This document shows, piece after piece, positions 20,615 through 31,081 of a stretch of 64,000 nucleotides of DNA. The translations under genes were made by a program, and so were the position numbers. The stretch's first letter is position 1; each line of letters begins with the position of its first letter. The notes beneath the pieces are model-generated. The model was not told the DNA's origin, did not search any database, and saw only the letters and a program-made list of their open reading frames with translations. The stretch comes from Ignavibacteriota bacterium (GTDB lineage Bacteria; Bacteroidota; Ignavibacteria; Palsa-1295). The stretch covers positions 224,001 to 288,000 of the forward strand of contig CAWBEI010000002.1 of the NCBI GenBank assembly GCA_963787835.1, read 5' to 3'.

Positions 20615-21328
20615 ATGGAATGCTTCATCGTTCAGAAAGAGAATATCGATCTCAATCGACGCGTGCTAACACTTGTTGACGATGAAGCCCATCATGCAAC
20701 CCGTTCACTTAGAATTAAGACTGGAGAATCGCTTCTTGCAACTGATCTTTCCGGCACTTGCTACCACTGCCGTGTGGAGCGTGCCGACCTCAGCACTCTT
20801 ACATGCTCAATAGAAGAAATTCTCCCGAATTTTGGAGAGCCAAAGCGAGATATTTTACTTATTCAAGGATTGATCGCCCAGCCATCACGTTGGGAGTTCT
20901 TGCTTGAAAAAGCGACGGAATTAGGCATTAGAGCGATTCAACCAGTTACCAGCGAGCGCACCGAACGCGAAAGCTTCAATCAGGATCGTTCTGAGCGGAT
21001 TTTACGGGCTGCGGTCAAGCAGACAAAACGGGCCCGGATGCCAGAATTACGCGAACTCTCTTCATTCAACGCGGCGTTATCCGAAGCGATTAAAGAGGGG
21101 CGGAAGCTGATCTTGCTCCATGAAGCAGCAGATAATGCCTCAACCCTCTCAAGATCACAGACAAGTAAAGATTCGCTTGCAATCTTCGTCGGCCCGGAAG
21201 GCGGCTTTTCGGATTCCGAAGTCGAGAGTGCATCGAAATTCGGGGCCGAAATTACATCCCTCGGTGTACGCCGGCTTCGCGCTGAAACGGCCGCGATCGC
21301 TGCACTGGCAATCCTGATCGACCACTAA
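20615..21328 (+). CDS. rsmE: 16S rRNA m3U1498 methyltransferase
   Basis: HHATRSLR, EKATELG, KQTKR, VGPEGGFS, SLGVRRLRAETA. Confidence 0.93.
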   Translation: MECFIVQKENIDLNRRVLTLVDDEAHHATRSLRIKTGESLLATDLSGTCYHCRVERADLSTLTCSIEEILPNFGEPKRDILLIQGLIAQPSRWEFLLEKATELGIRAIQPVTSERTERESFNQDRSERILRAAVKQTKRARMPELRELSSFNAALSEAIKEGRKLILLHEAADNASTLSRSQTSKDSLAIFVGPEGGFSDSEVESASKFGAEITSLGVRRLRAETAAIAALAILIDH

Positions 21329-21343
21329 AAAATCCTATTCCCT

Positions 21344-22423
21344 ATGCCTGAGAACCTTTTAGAGGTAACACACTTAAAGAAATACTTCCCGATCAAGCGG
21401 GGTATTTTATCGAAAACGGTCGGTCACGTTAAGGCGGTCGATGATGTATCGTTTACGATCCGCAAGGGCGAAACGCTCGGATTGGTCGGCGAGTCCGGCT
21501 GTGGCAAAACCACGGCAGGCCGCTCAATTCTTCGACTCATCGAGCCGACAGGCGGATCGGTAAAATTCGAAGGCGAGGAAGTAACGACGATGAACGCTCA
21601 CCGTTTGCGTGAAATGCGCCGTCAGATGCAGATCATTTTTCAGGATCCGTATAGCTCGCTCAATCCTCGCATCACGGTTGGTGGAATGCTTACGGAAATT
21701 CTAAAAGTTCACAATCTACGAAAGACCGACGCAGAAAGAAAAGATCGCGTCAACGAATTACTTGAAACGGTAGGTCTCAGTCCCCTTCATGCTCGCCGTT
21801 ATCCTCATGAGTTTTCCGGCGGTCAGCGTCAGCGCATTGGAATTGCGCGTGCGCTTTCCGTCGAGCCAAAATTTATTGTATGCGACGAACCTGTTTCAGC
21901 GCTCGATGTTTCGATCCAATCGCAAGTCCTGAATCTGCTTATGGACTTGCAGCAACGACTGGAGCTAACCTATCTTTTCATCGCTCATGATCTTTCTGTC
22001 GTGAAGCACATTTCCGATCGAGTCGCTGTAATGTATTTGGGCGAGATCGTGGAAATGACGGATTACAAAACCCTTTACGCAGATCCGAAAGCGCCATACA
22101 CCGAAGCATTACTTTCCGCTGTTCCCGTAGCAAATCCGCGCGTGAAACGCTCTCGTATCGTCCTCACAGGCGATGTTCCATCACCTGCAAATGTGCCGAG
22201 TGGTTGTTATTTCCATCCGCGATGTCCCAAGGTGATGCCGGAATGTTCATCCGTGCACCCACTGCTCGCTGAAGAGGAACAGGACCACGCCGTGCGTTGC
22301 ATTATTTATCCAAGCAGCTGGCCGCAAGGAAGCAATATTCCCGAGCGCATCAAAAGCGGAGCACAGCAACAAATCTCTAAGCAAGCATCCGCAAAATCGA
22401 CATCACCGGTCGTGGCGGCATGA
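21344..22423 (+). CDS. Oligopeptide/dipeptide ABC ATP-binding protein (OppF/DppF type)
   Basis: [62 protein letters not shown]. Confidence 0.93.
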   Translation: MPENLLEVTHLKKYFPIKRGILSKTVGHVKAVDDVSFTIRKGETLGLVGESGCGKTTAGRSILRLIEPTGGSVKFEGEEVTTMNAHRLREMRRQMQIIFQDPYSSLNPRITVGGMLTEILKVHNLRKTDAERKDRVNELLETVGLSPLHARRYPHEFSGGQRQRIGIARALSVEPKFIVCDEPVSALDVSIQSQVLNLLMDLQQRLELTYLFIAHDLSVVKHISDRVAVMYLGEIVEMTDYKTLYADPKAPYTEALLSAVPVANPRVKRSRIVLTGDVPSPANVPSGCYFHPRCPKVMPECSSVHPLLAEEEQDHAVRCIIYPSSWPQGSNIPERIKSGAQQQISKQASAKSTSPVVAA

Positions 22424-23025
22424 GTGAGATTCCCATCGCAGAAAAAGATCCCATAGCGAAATACCGCGCTAAGGACGACCTCTTCACGCCGTCCAACCTC
22501 ATTAGCCTGATGCGGGTGATGTTCGTGATGCCGGCGATCTTTTGCATCATGGCGCAGCTTTATTTTCTGGTAGCTGCGATCTTCGTCGCTGCGGTGCTTA
22601 CCGATCTGCTCGATGGAATTATAGCTCGCCGCACGGATTCCGTTACGGAACTTGGCAAGATCGTCGATCCGCTCGCAGACAAAATTTTCATTGGGTTGGT
22701 TGTAATCACGATGGCATTCTATGGCCTGATCCCCATCTGGTTTATCCTTATCATTTTAGCGCGCGACGCTGTAATACTTGCTGGTGGCGTGTGGGCAAAG
22801 AAGAAATTAGGAGTTGTGCTACCTTCGAATTATCCGGGAAAGATTGCAGTGATAACGATCGCGCTTACATTGTTTCTCATTATCATTCGAGCTGGAATTT
22901 CAGGAGATACGAGTGTGCTTCTGCAAGTGATCGTCTATCTCGAATGGTTAAGCGTGGCCCTGATGGCGCTTTCGTTGTGGGTGTATGGAAGACGATTAGC
23001 AGTGTTGCTGGCTGTTGCGAAATAA
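22420..23025 (+). CDS. CDP-alcohol phosphatidyltransferase (PgsA-like)
   Basis: PSNLISLMR and [10 protein letters not shown]...[13 protein letters not shown] signature. Confidence 0.9.
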   Translation: MSEIPIAEKDPIAKYRAKDDLFTPSNLISLMRVMFVMPAIFCIMAQLYFLVAAIFVAAVLTDLLDGIIARRTDSVTELGKIVDPLADKIFIGLVVITMAFYGLIPIWFILIILARDAVILAGGVWAKKKLGVVLPSNYPGKIAVITIALTLFLIIIRAGISGDTSVLLQVIVYLEWLSVALMALSLWVYGRRLAVLLAVAK

Positions 23026-23043
23026 ATTTTCTCGCTCTCTAGC

Positions 23044-23355
23044 TCATAAATATTGGAATGCTACCAACGCAAGTCCTGAGAGAAGAATAGACACCACAAG
23101 ACTCCACAATAGTAGATTCATTAGAGATGAGTTCTGCGCCCGAAGTGCCAAGTTTCCCATCCCGATCATGAATGTCGGCATCATTATTGCGACAGTATGA
23201 TCAATCATCGATGGTTTTGCTGCAGTTCCGTAAATAATTGGTGGTAATAACTTCATGATCAGAATCATCGGAAAATAAAGCATGGCAAAGCATGCCATCA
23301 TTTTCATTACAAGACCACTTGGAAGTGTTTTATCTGTCTTTGGGTAGTTACTCAT
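23044..23355 (-). CDS. Small hypothetical membrane protein (Met-rich, about 3 TM)
   Basis: ATG at 23355 lies 2 nt after the upstream stop; hydrophobic segments; AT-rich DNA. Confidence 0.55.
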   Translation of the reverse strand: MSNYPKTDKTLPSGLVMKMMACFAMLYFPMILIMKLLPPIIYGTAAKPSMIDHTVAIMMPTFMIGMGNLALRAQNSSLMNLLLWSLVVSILLSGLALVAFQYL

Positions 23356-23357
23356 AG

Positions 23358-23660
23358 TTATTTGAGTGTCGATTGAAAGTATGAAAACAAAATTATCATA
23401 CCAAGATTGAGGGCAGGAAAAAGCGTTACACTCGATATCATTATTATCTGTTGCCTTTTCTTCGTTAAGGTGGCATATTGGGAAAGTGCTGGGTGAAGCC
23501 ACGCTTGGTTTAGCATGATGACCAGAATAAAAATCATCTTGTCCTTTCCCATAAATTGCGGCCAGAGACCGAGGGATTTTAAAATTAATCCCATGAGTAT
23601 TAAGGTTACAACCGTTGCAGCATTCAAAAGGAGTTCGGTTTTCTCATAGTATTTTAACAT
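23358..23660 (-). CDS. Small hypothetical membrane protein (about 3 TM)
   Basis: 100-aa ORF with hydrophobic segments, tightly coupled to the downstream ORF. Confidence 0.55.
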   Translation of the reverse strand: MLKYYEKTELLLNAATVVTLILMGLILKSLGLWPQFMGKDKMIFILVIMLNQAWLHPALSQYATLTKKRQQIIMISSVTLFPALNLGMIILFSYFQSTLK

Positions 23661-23768
23661 AGCGAGATAAACAAGACAATGACAAAAAATAGCACATCAA
23701 GCTTAAGTCGCTTAGAAAACAAGCTGGTTTGAAGCTTTAATCCCTCGTCGTTTGTTCTTTTCAAACTA

Positions 23769-24743
23769 ATGGGATTTTTCGATAACTTTAAGCTTTCGAA
23801 GCTCCGCGAGGGGCTGCAAAAATCGCACGACGAGTTCGTGCGAAAGATCAACCGCATCTTCTATCAATCGCGAAAGATCGATGATGAATTGATGGCGGAG
23901 ATCGAGGAAACGCTTCTGCTATCGGATGTTGGCGTTACCACGACCGAGCGCATCATGTCGCATCTTGTCGATGAGATGCAGTTCAAGAAATGGTCGGAAG
24001 CATCACAACTTCGAGATGAACTTCGGAAGCAGCTTTCCGAAGCCATTTATAACCCTCTCTCCGAGAATGGCTCCTCAAATGCCAAACTGGAGTCGGCCAA
24101 ACCTCATGTCATCATGGTGATCGGCGTCAATGGCGTCGGAAAAACAACAACCATCGGTAAACTCGCCTTTAATTATCGCAATGATGGCAAGCGTGTTATC
24201 ATCGGAGCTGCAGATACCTTTCGAGCGGCAGCAAATCAGCAGTTGGAGGTTTGGGCCGAGCGTGCTGGCGTCGATATCGTGCAGCAACATCCTGGCGCAG
24301 ATCCATCCGCAGTAGCATACGACACGCTCCAATCGGCGATCGGTAAAGATGCCGATGTCGTCCTTATCGACACCGCAGGCCGCTTGCATAATAAACAAAA
24401 TCTGATGGCCGAGCTTGAAAAAATGACGCGCGTCATGCGAAAGCTCATGCCAGAAGTTCCCCACGAAATTCTGCTCGTGCTCGATGCAACCACGGGACAG
24501 AACGCGCTTCAGCAAGCACGAGAATTTACAAAAGTCGCTCCGATAACCGGTATCGTGCTTACAAAACTTGATGGCACTGCGAAAGGCGGAATTGTCATCG
24601 CGCTCACGAACGAGCTTCGTGTGCCTGTGCGTTATATCGGAGTCGGTGAAAAGATTGGCGATCTCCAGCCATTCGATTCCGAAGAATTTGCGAAGGCCAT
24701 GTTCGGAGATGCGATGTTTCAAACGGAAGAAGAAGTAGCCTAA
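23769..24743 (+). CDS. ftsY: Signal recognition particle receptor
   Basis: GVNGVGKTTTIGKLA, ADTFRAAA, DTAGRLH, DATTGQN, TKLDGTAKGG, IGVGE. Confidence 0.97.
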   Translation: MGFFDNFKLSKLREGLQKSHDEFVRKINRIFYQSRKIDDELMAEIEETLLLSDVGVTTTERIMSHLVDEMQFKKWSEASQLRDELRKQLSEAIYNPLSENGSSNAKLESAKPHVIMVIGVNGVGKTTTIGKLAFNYRNDGKRVIIGAADTFRAAANQQLEVWAERAGVDIVQQHPGADPSAVAYDTLQSAIGKDADVVLIDTAGRLHNKQNLMAELEKMTRVMRKLMPEVPHEILLVLDATTGQNALQQAREFTKVAPITGIVLTKLDGTAKGGIVIALTNELRVPVRYIGVGEKIGDLQPFDSEEFAKAMFGDAMFQTEEEVA

Positions 24744-24750
24744 CGGCATC

Positions 24751-26655
24751 ATGTCCATCGTTAAACGATTACCCGATTCCATTTCGCAGAAGATCGCGGC
24801 CGGCGAGGTCGTGACAAGGCCGGAGTCTGTCGTAAAAGAGTTGGTGGAGAACTCGCTCGATGCTGGCGCGAAAAATATCACCATCATTCTGAAAGATGCT
24901 GGCAGAACGCTCATTCAAATTGTCGATGATGGTGCAGGAATGTCCCGCGAGGATGCGCGCACATCCATTGAACGTCACGCCACATCCAAACTTACTACAA
25001 TAGACGACCTTGAACATCTCACCACCTATGGTTTTCGTGGCGAGGCGCTAGCTGCGATTGCATCTGTCTCAAAATTTGAGATGCTTACGCGGCCCTCACG
25101 CGAAGAATTAGGCACACTTATCCAAGTAGAAGGAAGTATTCTCCGTTCGTGCGAATCAACAGCATGTGATGAGGGAACTTCCATTTCGGTACGAAATATC
25201 TTTTTCAATATTCCTGCACGCCGTAAGTTTATGAAGACCGAGGCGACAGAATTCAAGCACGTCGTCGATACGGTCACAAAATGTGCTCTTGCACATAGCG
25301 ATGTGCATTTTATTTTCGTCTCCGATGGCGATCTGATCTTCGATCTGCCCGCGCTTGTGCCATTGCCAGAACGCATCGAGCAAATTTTTGGCAACCGCCT
25401 GCGCGGTGCCTTGCTTCCAGTCGAACGTGTCTCACCTCAATTGCATGTTCATGGATTTATCAGTGCGCCAAGCTTTGTAAAGCGTGTTCGGACCGAGCAA
25501 TTTTTCTTTGTCAATAATCGACCAATCTCTTCACGCAGTCTTTCCTATGCCGTCGCAAGCGCGTATGAGCATTTGGTCGAGAAAGGGGCATTCCCATCCA
25601 CGTTCCTTTTCCTTACGATCGATCCATCGCACATCGATGTGAATGTGCATCCCCAAAAACTGGAAGTGAAGTTCGAGGATGAACGCAGCGTTACCGAAGA
25701 AGTCCGTCGTGCCTTGCAGGAAGCGCTGACACGCGCAACGCAAGCCACAGCAAAAGAAGGCGCGCTTGCGCCTGATATGGCCATGCCGGATGCTATTAAC
25801 ACATCTTCCGATCCTGCAAGAATGCGGTTCCCAGATTATGCCACTGCTCCAAATGGAAATGGCCGATCGACGGCGACCGTTGCAAGAAGTGTTCCAGATA
25901 CCGGCGGCTTAGGCACGCTGGAACGTCTCTTTGGTGGGAAACCAGATGATCTATTCCGCGGAAAAGCTATTGATACGCTCCCCGCAACATCACCCGCAAT
26001 ACTTGCACGACCAGCAGTTGAACATACTGGACTTGCTGCCGAGGTATTGAAAGACAAGCCTGTTCTCTGGCAGCTTCACAATAAATATATCTTTTCCCAG
26101 ATTAAGTCGGGATTGATGATCGTCGATCAGCATGTAGCGCATGAGCGTATTCTCTACGAGCGTGCATTGCGGTCAATGGAGGATAACAATCCTGCCTCAC
26201 AGCAATTATTGTTCCCACGCCATTTGGATCTGTTGCCACGCGAGATGGCGCTCGTTCGCGAATTGCTTCCGGAACTCGAAAAGATCGGGTTCCAACTCCG
26301 GTTCTTCGGCGGATCGAGCATTATTATCGATGGCATTCCAGCCGATGTTCGAGCCGGACGCGAAGAAGGAATTTTACGCGAAGTCCTTGAAGGCTATGAT
26401 GAATATGGCGAAAATCGCACGATACCAAGCCGCGATGCCCTTGCCGCTACTTTCTCCTGCAAAGCTGCTATCAAAGCCGGGGATAAACTCGGTCAGGAGG
26501 AAATGCACATCCTGATCGAGCAGCTATTCGAAACGCAAATGCCTTACGTGTGCCCGCACGGACGTCCAATCGTCATCAAGCTTGCCATCGATGAGCTTGA
26601 CCGGCGATTTGGAAGATCGCCGGTCGAAAGTCTTGCAAAAGCTGAAGCTGCATAG
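24751..26655 (+). CDS. mutL: DNA mismatch repair endonuclease
   Basis: IAAGEVV, KELVENSLDAGA, RHATSK, GFRGEAL, DVNVHP, DQHVAHERILYE, SCKAAIK, CPHGRP. Confidence 0.98.
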   Translation: MSIVKRLPDSISQKIAAGEVVTRPESVVKELVENSLDAGAKNITIILKDAGRTLIQIVDDGAGMSREDARTSIERHATSKLTTIDDLEHLTTYGFRGEALAAIASVSKFEMLTRPSREELGTLIQVEGSILRSCESTACDEGTSISVRNIFFNIPARRKFMKTEATEFKHVVDTVTKCALAHSDVHFIFVSDGDLIFDLPALVPLPERIEQIFGNRLRGALLPVERVSPQLHVHGFISAPSFVKRVRTEQFFFVNNRPISSRSLSYAVASAYEHLVEKGAFPSTFLFLTIDPSHIDVNVHPQKLEVKFEDERSVTEEVRRALQEALTRATQATAKEGALAPDMAMPDAINTSSDPARMRFPDYATAPNGNGRSTATVARSVPDTGGLGTLERLFGGKPDDLFRGKAIDTLPATSPAILARPAVEHTGLAAEVLKDKPVLWQLHNKYIFSQIKSGLMIVDQHVAHERILYERALRSMEDNNPASQQLLFPRHLDLLPREMALVRELLPELEKIGFQLRFFGGSSIIIDGIPADVRAGREEGILREVLEGYDEYGENRTIPSRDALAATFSCKAAIKAGDKLGQEEMHILIEQLFETQMPYVCPHGRPIVIKLAIDELDRRFGRSPVESLAKAEAA

Positions 26656-26657
26656 AA

Positions 26658-27419
26658 CTACTGCACCTGAATTAGCTGTACGATCTGACCGGGAGCAGCT
26701 TGACCTGCGACGGACGTTGGGTGGAAAATATTAAGTACTTGCCCATATTGCGCCGATACATACGTATCCACAGGGCCACGGGCTTGGATAAGGCCTGCGT
26801 TGAAGTTCACGATATGCACCGAATGCTTCGCTGAGATGGGTGAATTGGTAGCAGTCTGCTCATTAGGTTTCACTAAAGTGTCGAACGTGGTGTCGTTCAA
26901 TTCTGTAACGGAATCCGTAAGCAGAGGCGTTGCGCTGCCTATCGTTATTGTGGTATCGGCGGCGATCCATTTTTCACTGTCAGTCGCAGCGAGCTTTGCC
27001 TGAAGAACCCATCCCCCGATGATCGGCTTTTGGTGATTGTATGCAAGAACCGCTGCATTTTTGTTCAGCGATTCCAGGCCATAATTATAATGCCAGTAAT
27101 TTCCGGAATCCTGCGCGATGTACGTCGTGTCAACGGAGACTGGATTCGTGTGGGTATTCTGGATAACAGTTACATTCGACTTCCCTTGATAAACGGTATC
27201 CGTCGTAAGTACCCTGGAGGTAATAGTATCTCCTGAGCCAGGGATGGGTTCGCCGGTGGTGGCATTCAGGTTTTGTGCATAATACACATAGGCACTTCCG
27301 GCAACATAATTCACCTGCGGAGTTGTGGGTGTGCTCGGAGGAGGGGTTGGGCTGTTGCTGCATCCACCTGCAATTGTTAAAATAAGAGAGCCAAGAATGG
27401 CAAAATACGATCGTTTCAT
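26658..27419 (-). CDS. Hypothetical lipoprotein, Thr-rich beta-strand protein
   Basis: MKRSYFAILGSLILTIAGGC lipobox followed by a Pro/Thr linker. Confidence 0.75.
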   Translation of the reverse strand: MKRSYFAILGSLILTIAGGCSNSPTPPPSTPTTPQVNYVAGSAYVYYAQNLNATTGEPIPGSGDTITSRVLTTDTVYQGKSNVTVIQNTHTNPVSVDTTYIAQDSGNYWHYNYGLESLNKNAAVLAYNHQKPIIGGWVLQAKLAATDSEKWIAADTTITIGSATPLLTDSVTELNDTTFDTLVKPNEQTATNSPISAKHSVHIVNFNAGLIQARGPVDTYVSAQYGQVLNIFHPTSVAGQAAPGQIVQLIQVQ

Positions 27420-27519
27420 CTGATTTTGATAAATTTTAATAAGGTCTGTTATATTAATAACTCGTTTCGAGGTCAAAAGTTACACCATGAACTACTAATC
27501 AGACTCTGGCGTCCTGAAT

Positions 27520-27545
27520 CGAAACAGTATTCTATTGCCTCCGTA
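27520..27545 (+). promoter_or_regulatory. ECF-sigma-type promoter (GAAAC-N16-CGTA)
   Basis: cGAAAC agtattctattgcctc CGTA ends 44 nt before ATG 27590 and matches the SigW-type consensus spacing. Confidence 0.45.
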
Positions 27546-27589
27546 ACTTCTGAATCTGCAAAATCAGACTCATTTTCCCCTTTTCCATC

Positions 27590-28318
27590 ATGAAAACGTC
27601 GCGAATTGCCTGCATACTTCTTATGCTTCCGCTTACCAGTTGCATGAAACTCTCTTCGGCACTCTTGCATAGCTATTCCGGCGATGGAAAGATCTCGGTT
27701 GATACTCGCCCCGTCGAATCCTTTAGTGCAGTGGATCTGGAAGGAGCCTACGATGTGATACTCGTTCAGGGACCAATATCCGAGGTCAGTATCGAGACGG
27801 ATAATAACCTGCTTACTCATATTACCAGCACTGTCGAAAAAGGCAAGCTCACCGTCAGTTCTGAGGGAATACTCAGTCCAACGAAAAGCATAAAAGTTAC
27901 CATAACAAGCCCGAATTTTCGAGCGATCGATATTGAAGGTTCCTCCGATATTTCTGCCTCGACGCCAATTACCTCGGACGATCTAACGCTCCAGCTTGAA
28001 GGCTCCGGCGATTACAATCTGGAGGTTCATGCCAAGCACTTGCACTCCCAGATCGAAGGATCGGGCTCCATGATGCTCGTCGGCGATGTGCAGAGTCATT
28101 CTATAGAGATCGATGGCTCCGGCGACCTCTCCTGCAAAAAGCTCCTTGCTGATTCCACGAAGATTGAAGTCGCAGGATCCGGTGATGCCGACGTGAACGT
28201 CGCGAAGCGGCTCGAAGCCTCGATCGCTGGCTCCGGGAGCGTCCGCTACCAGGGCGCGGTGACAGATGTTCACACCAGCATCACCGGCAGCGGATCGATC
28301 GATCGCGAGACGAAATAG
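27590..28318 (+). CDS. Head GIN domain (DUF2807) lipoprotein
   Basis: Lipobox LTSC; G.G...T-R-V-ESF, ETDNNLL and repeated GSG(D/S) beta-helix rungs. Confidence 0.85.
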   Translation: MKTSRIACILLMLPLTSCMKLSSALLHSYSGDGKISVDTRPVESFSAVDLEGAYDVILVQGPISEVSIETDNNLLTHITSTVEKGKLTVSSEGILSPTKSIKVTITSPNFRAIDIEGSSDISASTPITSDDLTLQLEGSGDYNLEVHAKHLHSQIEGSGSMMLVGDVQSHSIEIDGSGDLSCKKLLADSTKIEVAGSGDADVNVAKRLEASIAGSGSVRYQGAVTDVHTSITGSGSIDRETK

Positions 28319-28344
28319 TCAGCAATTACCCATTGCTGGACGCG

Positions 28345-29277
<933 letters not shown>

Positions 29278-29312
29278 CTAAATTTAAATGGTGAGGACCA
29301 ATTCCTTCACTA

Positions 29313-29320
29313 CAAAAATA
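29313..29320 (-). promoter_or_regulatory. TAnnTTTG -7 box upstream of mdh
   Basis: The minus strand reads cgTATTTTTGtag about 45 nt before the mdh ATG. Confidence 0.45.
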
Positions 29321-29562
29321 CGAAGAGAAAGTAGCTACCGCCTGCAGACCAAGCTTTAAATTCATGCTCCCATGTTTCCTCCAAGAAATAGGTGCCATTT
29401 CTTTTTCTTGCTGAGTTCCCGATGGTCCCTGTCTCACCCTCGTTCCTGAGCCAATTTCCCGCATTTGTTCCAACGAGTATTCATAATGCCACTTCCTAAA
29501 GAACTTGTTCATAATGAAACCCATCGCCGCTCTCTATTTTCAAAGAACTCCCCATCCTTCCC

Positions 29563-29617
29563 TAATCCTGAAAATCCTGTAAATCGTGGTCTAATTCTTA
29601 CCTCTTACTTCTTACTT
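29563..29617. repeat. Short 9-bp (AATCCTGAA/AATCCTGTA) and 7-bp (TCTTACT) tandem repeat tract
   Basis: aatcctgaa aatcctgta aatcgtggt, then tcttacc tcttact tcttact. Confidence 0.65.
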
Positions 29618-29739
29618 GAAATAGGTGCCCATCAAAACACATACTAATATACACACTTGGAATGGCATTGTCAAGCGTTTTTAAAAAGAATCTGGAAAAG
29701 AATCGTTTGGGCAATACACCCGCTCACTCTTCCAAGAGC

Positions 29740-31077
29740 TTACAACTCGTACACCGAAATACTCACATTGGAAATAGTCACCGGACCAGAACCATCGGTA
29801 TTTTGCACGGACATATCGATCCAGATCTTCGCGGTCTGCTTCGTCGTGATAATTCCACTCAGCGAAAAAGGAAATTGGTTGACGTTATTGTGTGATTCCT
29901 GTAATTGTGCCGCCCCCAACGTTGTGCCCGTTGCTGTGACGCCATTGCCAGGTGCAGGAAACGTCGTTCCATACCGAAGCTGTAAGGAGCTTTGGTTTGG
30001 TGACGTACCCGATGTATTCAGCACGCTACCGGAGATGATGATAAAAAATAAACCGCTTCCTCCGGGGGTAATCGTGGCTGTACCACCCAATCCCATCATC
30101 ACGGCAGACGTGCTTGTGGTGGAAGCGGGATTCGATGGTGTGAACTGACCCACATTTACTGTGGCATTAGTAAAACTCGTTCCATTCGACTGCAGCACCT
30201 GACCGGCCGATCCAGACGTAGAAGGAAACGCAGTAGAGGTTGGAACATACGCTGTCCCATTTCCTTCAAGGATGTAGCCTGTCGTCCCTGTGCCGTTGAT
30301 CTTAAACCCCGTGGCAACATTAAGCACCCCAGCACCAGGATCTTTAGGGGTGGTAATGCCGAGCGTTGCGCCGCCGCTTGCATACAGATCAAAATCGGAC
30401 GCATAACCGCCATTATCTTGATTGTCCGAAATATCGAGATAGGAGGAATCGGTACTGGATGACGAAGTAAACGGGATGAGCTGCATGATCCAGTCCACCG
30501 GCTCATTCGTACCGCCCCACCCTTGCCCGTGCATGTGCAAGCGTGGCGACCACTGTTGAAGTGACGATGTCGCGGCGGTGGTATTGCTCAAAACAAGAGC
30601 ATCCACCGGTGCTGCGAGTGTTGAGGTCTCAGAAACATCCTGAGCAACCGTCCAGGTGTTCGCATGAGGAAGATCGATCTCAAGTGGCGTGGGCGAAATA
30701 CCCTTTCCGGTGAGCGTGGTGCCATCCACATTCAACGTGGTCCACGAAGTGGTGGTACCGTTCGAGGTAATGAATTGATTCGGCGAACCGGCACCATAAC
30801 TATAAACGGGATTCGTCACCACCCACGAAAGGTTACCAGAGCCATCGTTGGTGAGAAACCCGTTCGCAACTTCGGTGGCTGGCAAAATGAAAGAATATGG
30901 GGCAGTCAGCGTGGGGGCGGCGAGCGTCACAGTCGCTGTTGTACTCGACCCAGTTCCCGCAAGAACAAGGGATTTAGCATACGTTTTATCATAGACCTGC
31001 GCGGACGCATACGGCATGCCGCACGTCATGAGGATGCAAAAAACCGCCAGTGCAAAAAGAGGGATCGTGTACTTCAT
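29740..31077 (-). CDS. Secreted fibre-like protein (YDK tag, head type 1), 445 aa
   Basis: Signal peptide then AQVYDKTYAKSLVLAG; T/S/G-rich body; paralog of the next three genes; ends VSISVYEL. Confidence 0.8.
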   Translation of the reverse strand: MKYTIPLFALAVFCILMTCGMPYASAQVYDKTYAKSLVLAGTGSSTTATVTLAAPTLTAPYSFILPATEVANGFLTNDGSGNLSWVVTNPVYSYGAGSPNQFITSNGTTTSWTTLNVDGTTLTGKGISPTPLEIDLPHANTWTVAQDVSETSTLAAPVDALVLSNTTAATSSLQQWSPRLHMHGQGWGGTNEPVDWIMQLIPFTSSSSTDSSYLDISDNQDNGGYASDFDLYASGGATLGITTPKDPGAGVLNVATGFKINGTGTTGYILEGNGTAYVPTSTAFPSTSGSAGQVLQSNGTSFTNATVNVGQFTPSNPASTTSTSAVMMGLGGTATITPGGSGLFFIIISGSVLNTSGTSPNQSSLQLRYGTTFPAPGNGVTATGTTLGAAQLQESHNNVNQFPFSLSGIITTKQTAKIWIDMSVQNTDGSGPVTISNVSISVYEL

Positions 31078-31081
31078 GTCG

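Noticed and set aside
21344-22423. Orphan peptide ABC ATPase without permeases
   Set aside because: Split opp/dpp genes are common; the partners are probably elsewhere in the genome.
27590-28318. GIN-domain lipoprotein as part of the fibre system
   Set aside because: It is separated from the array by mdh, on the opposite strand, has its own promoter and belongs to a widespread family.
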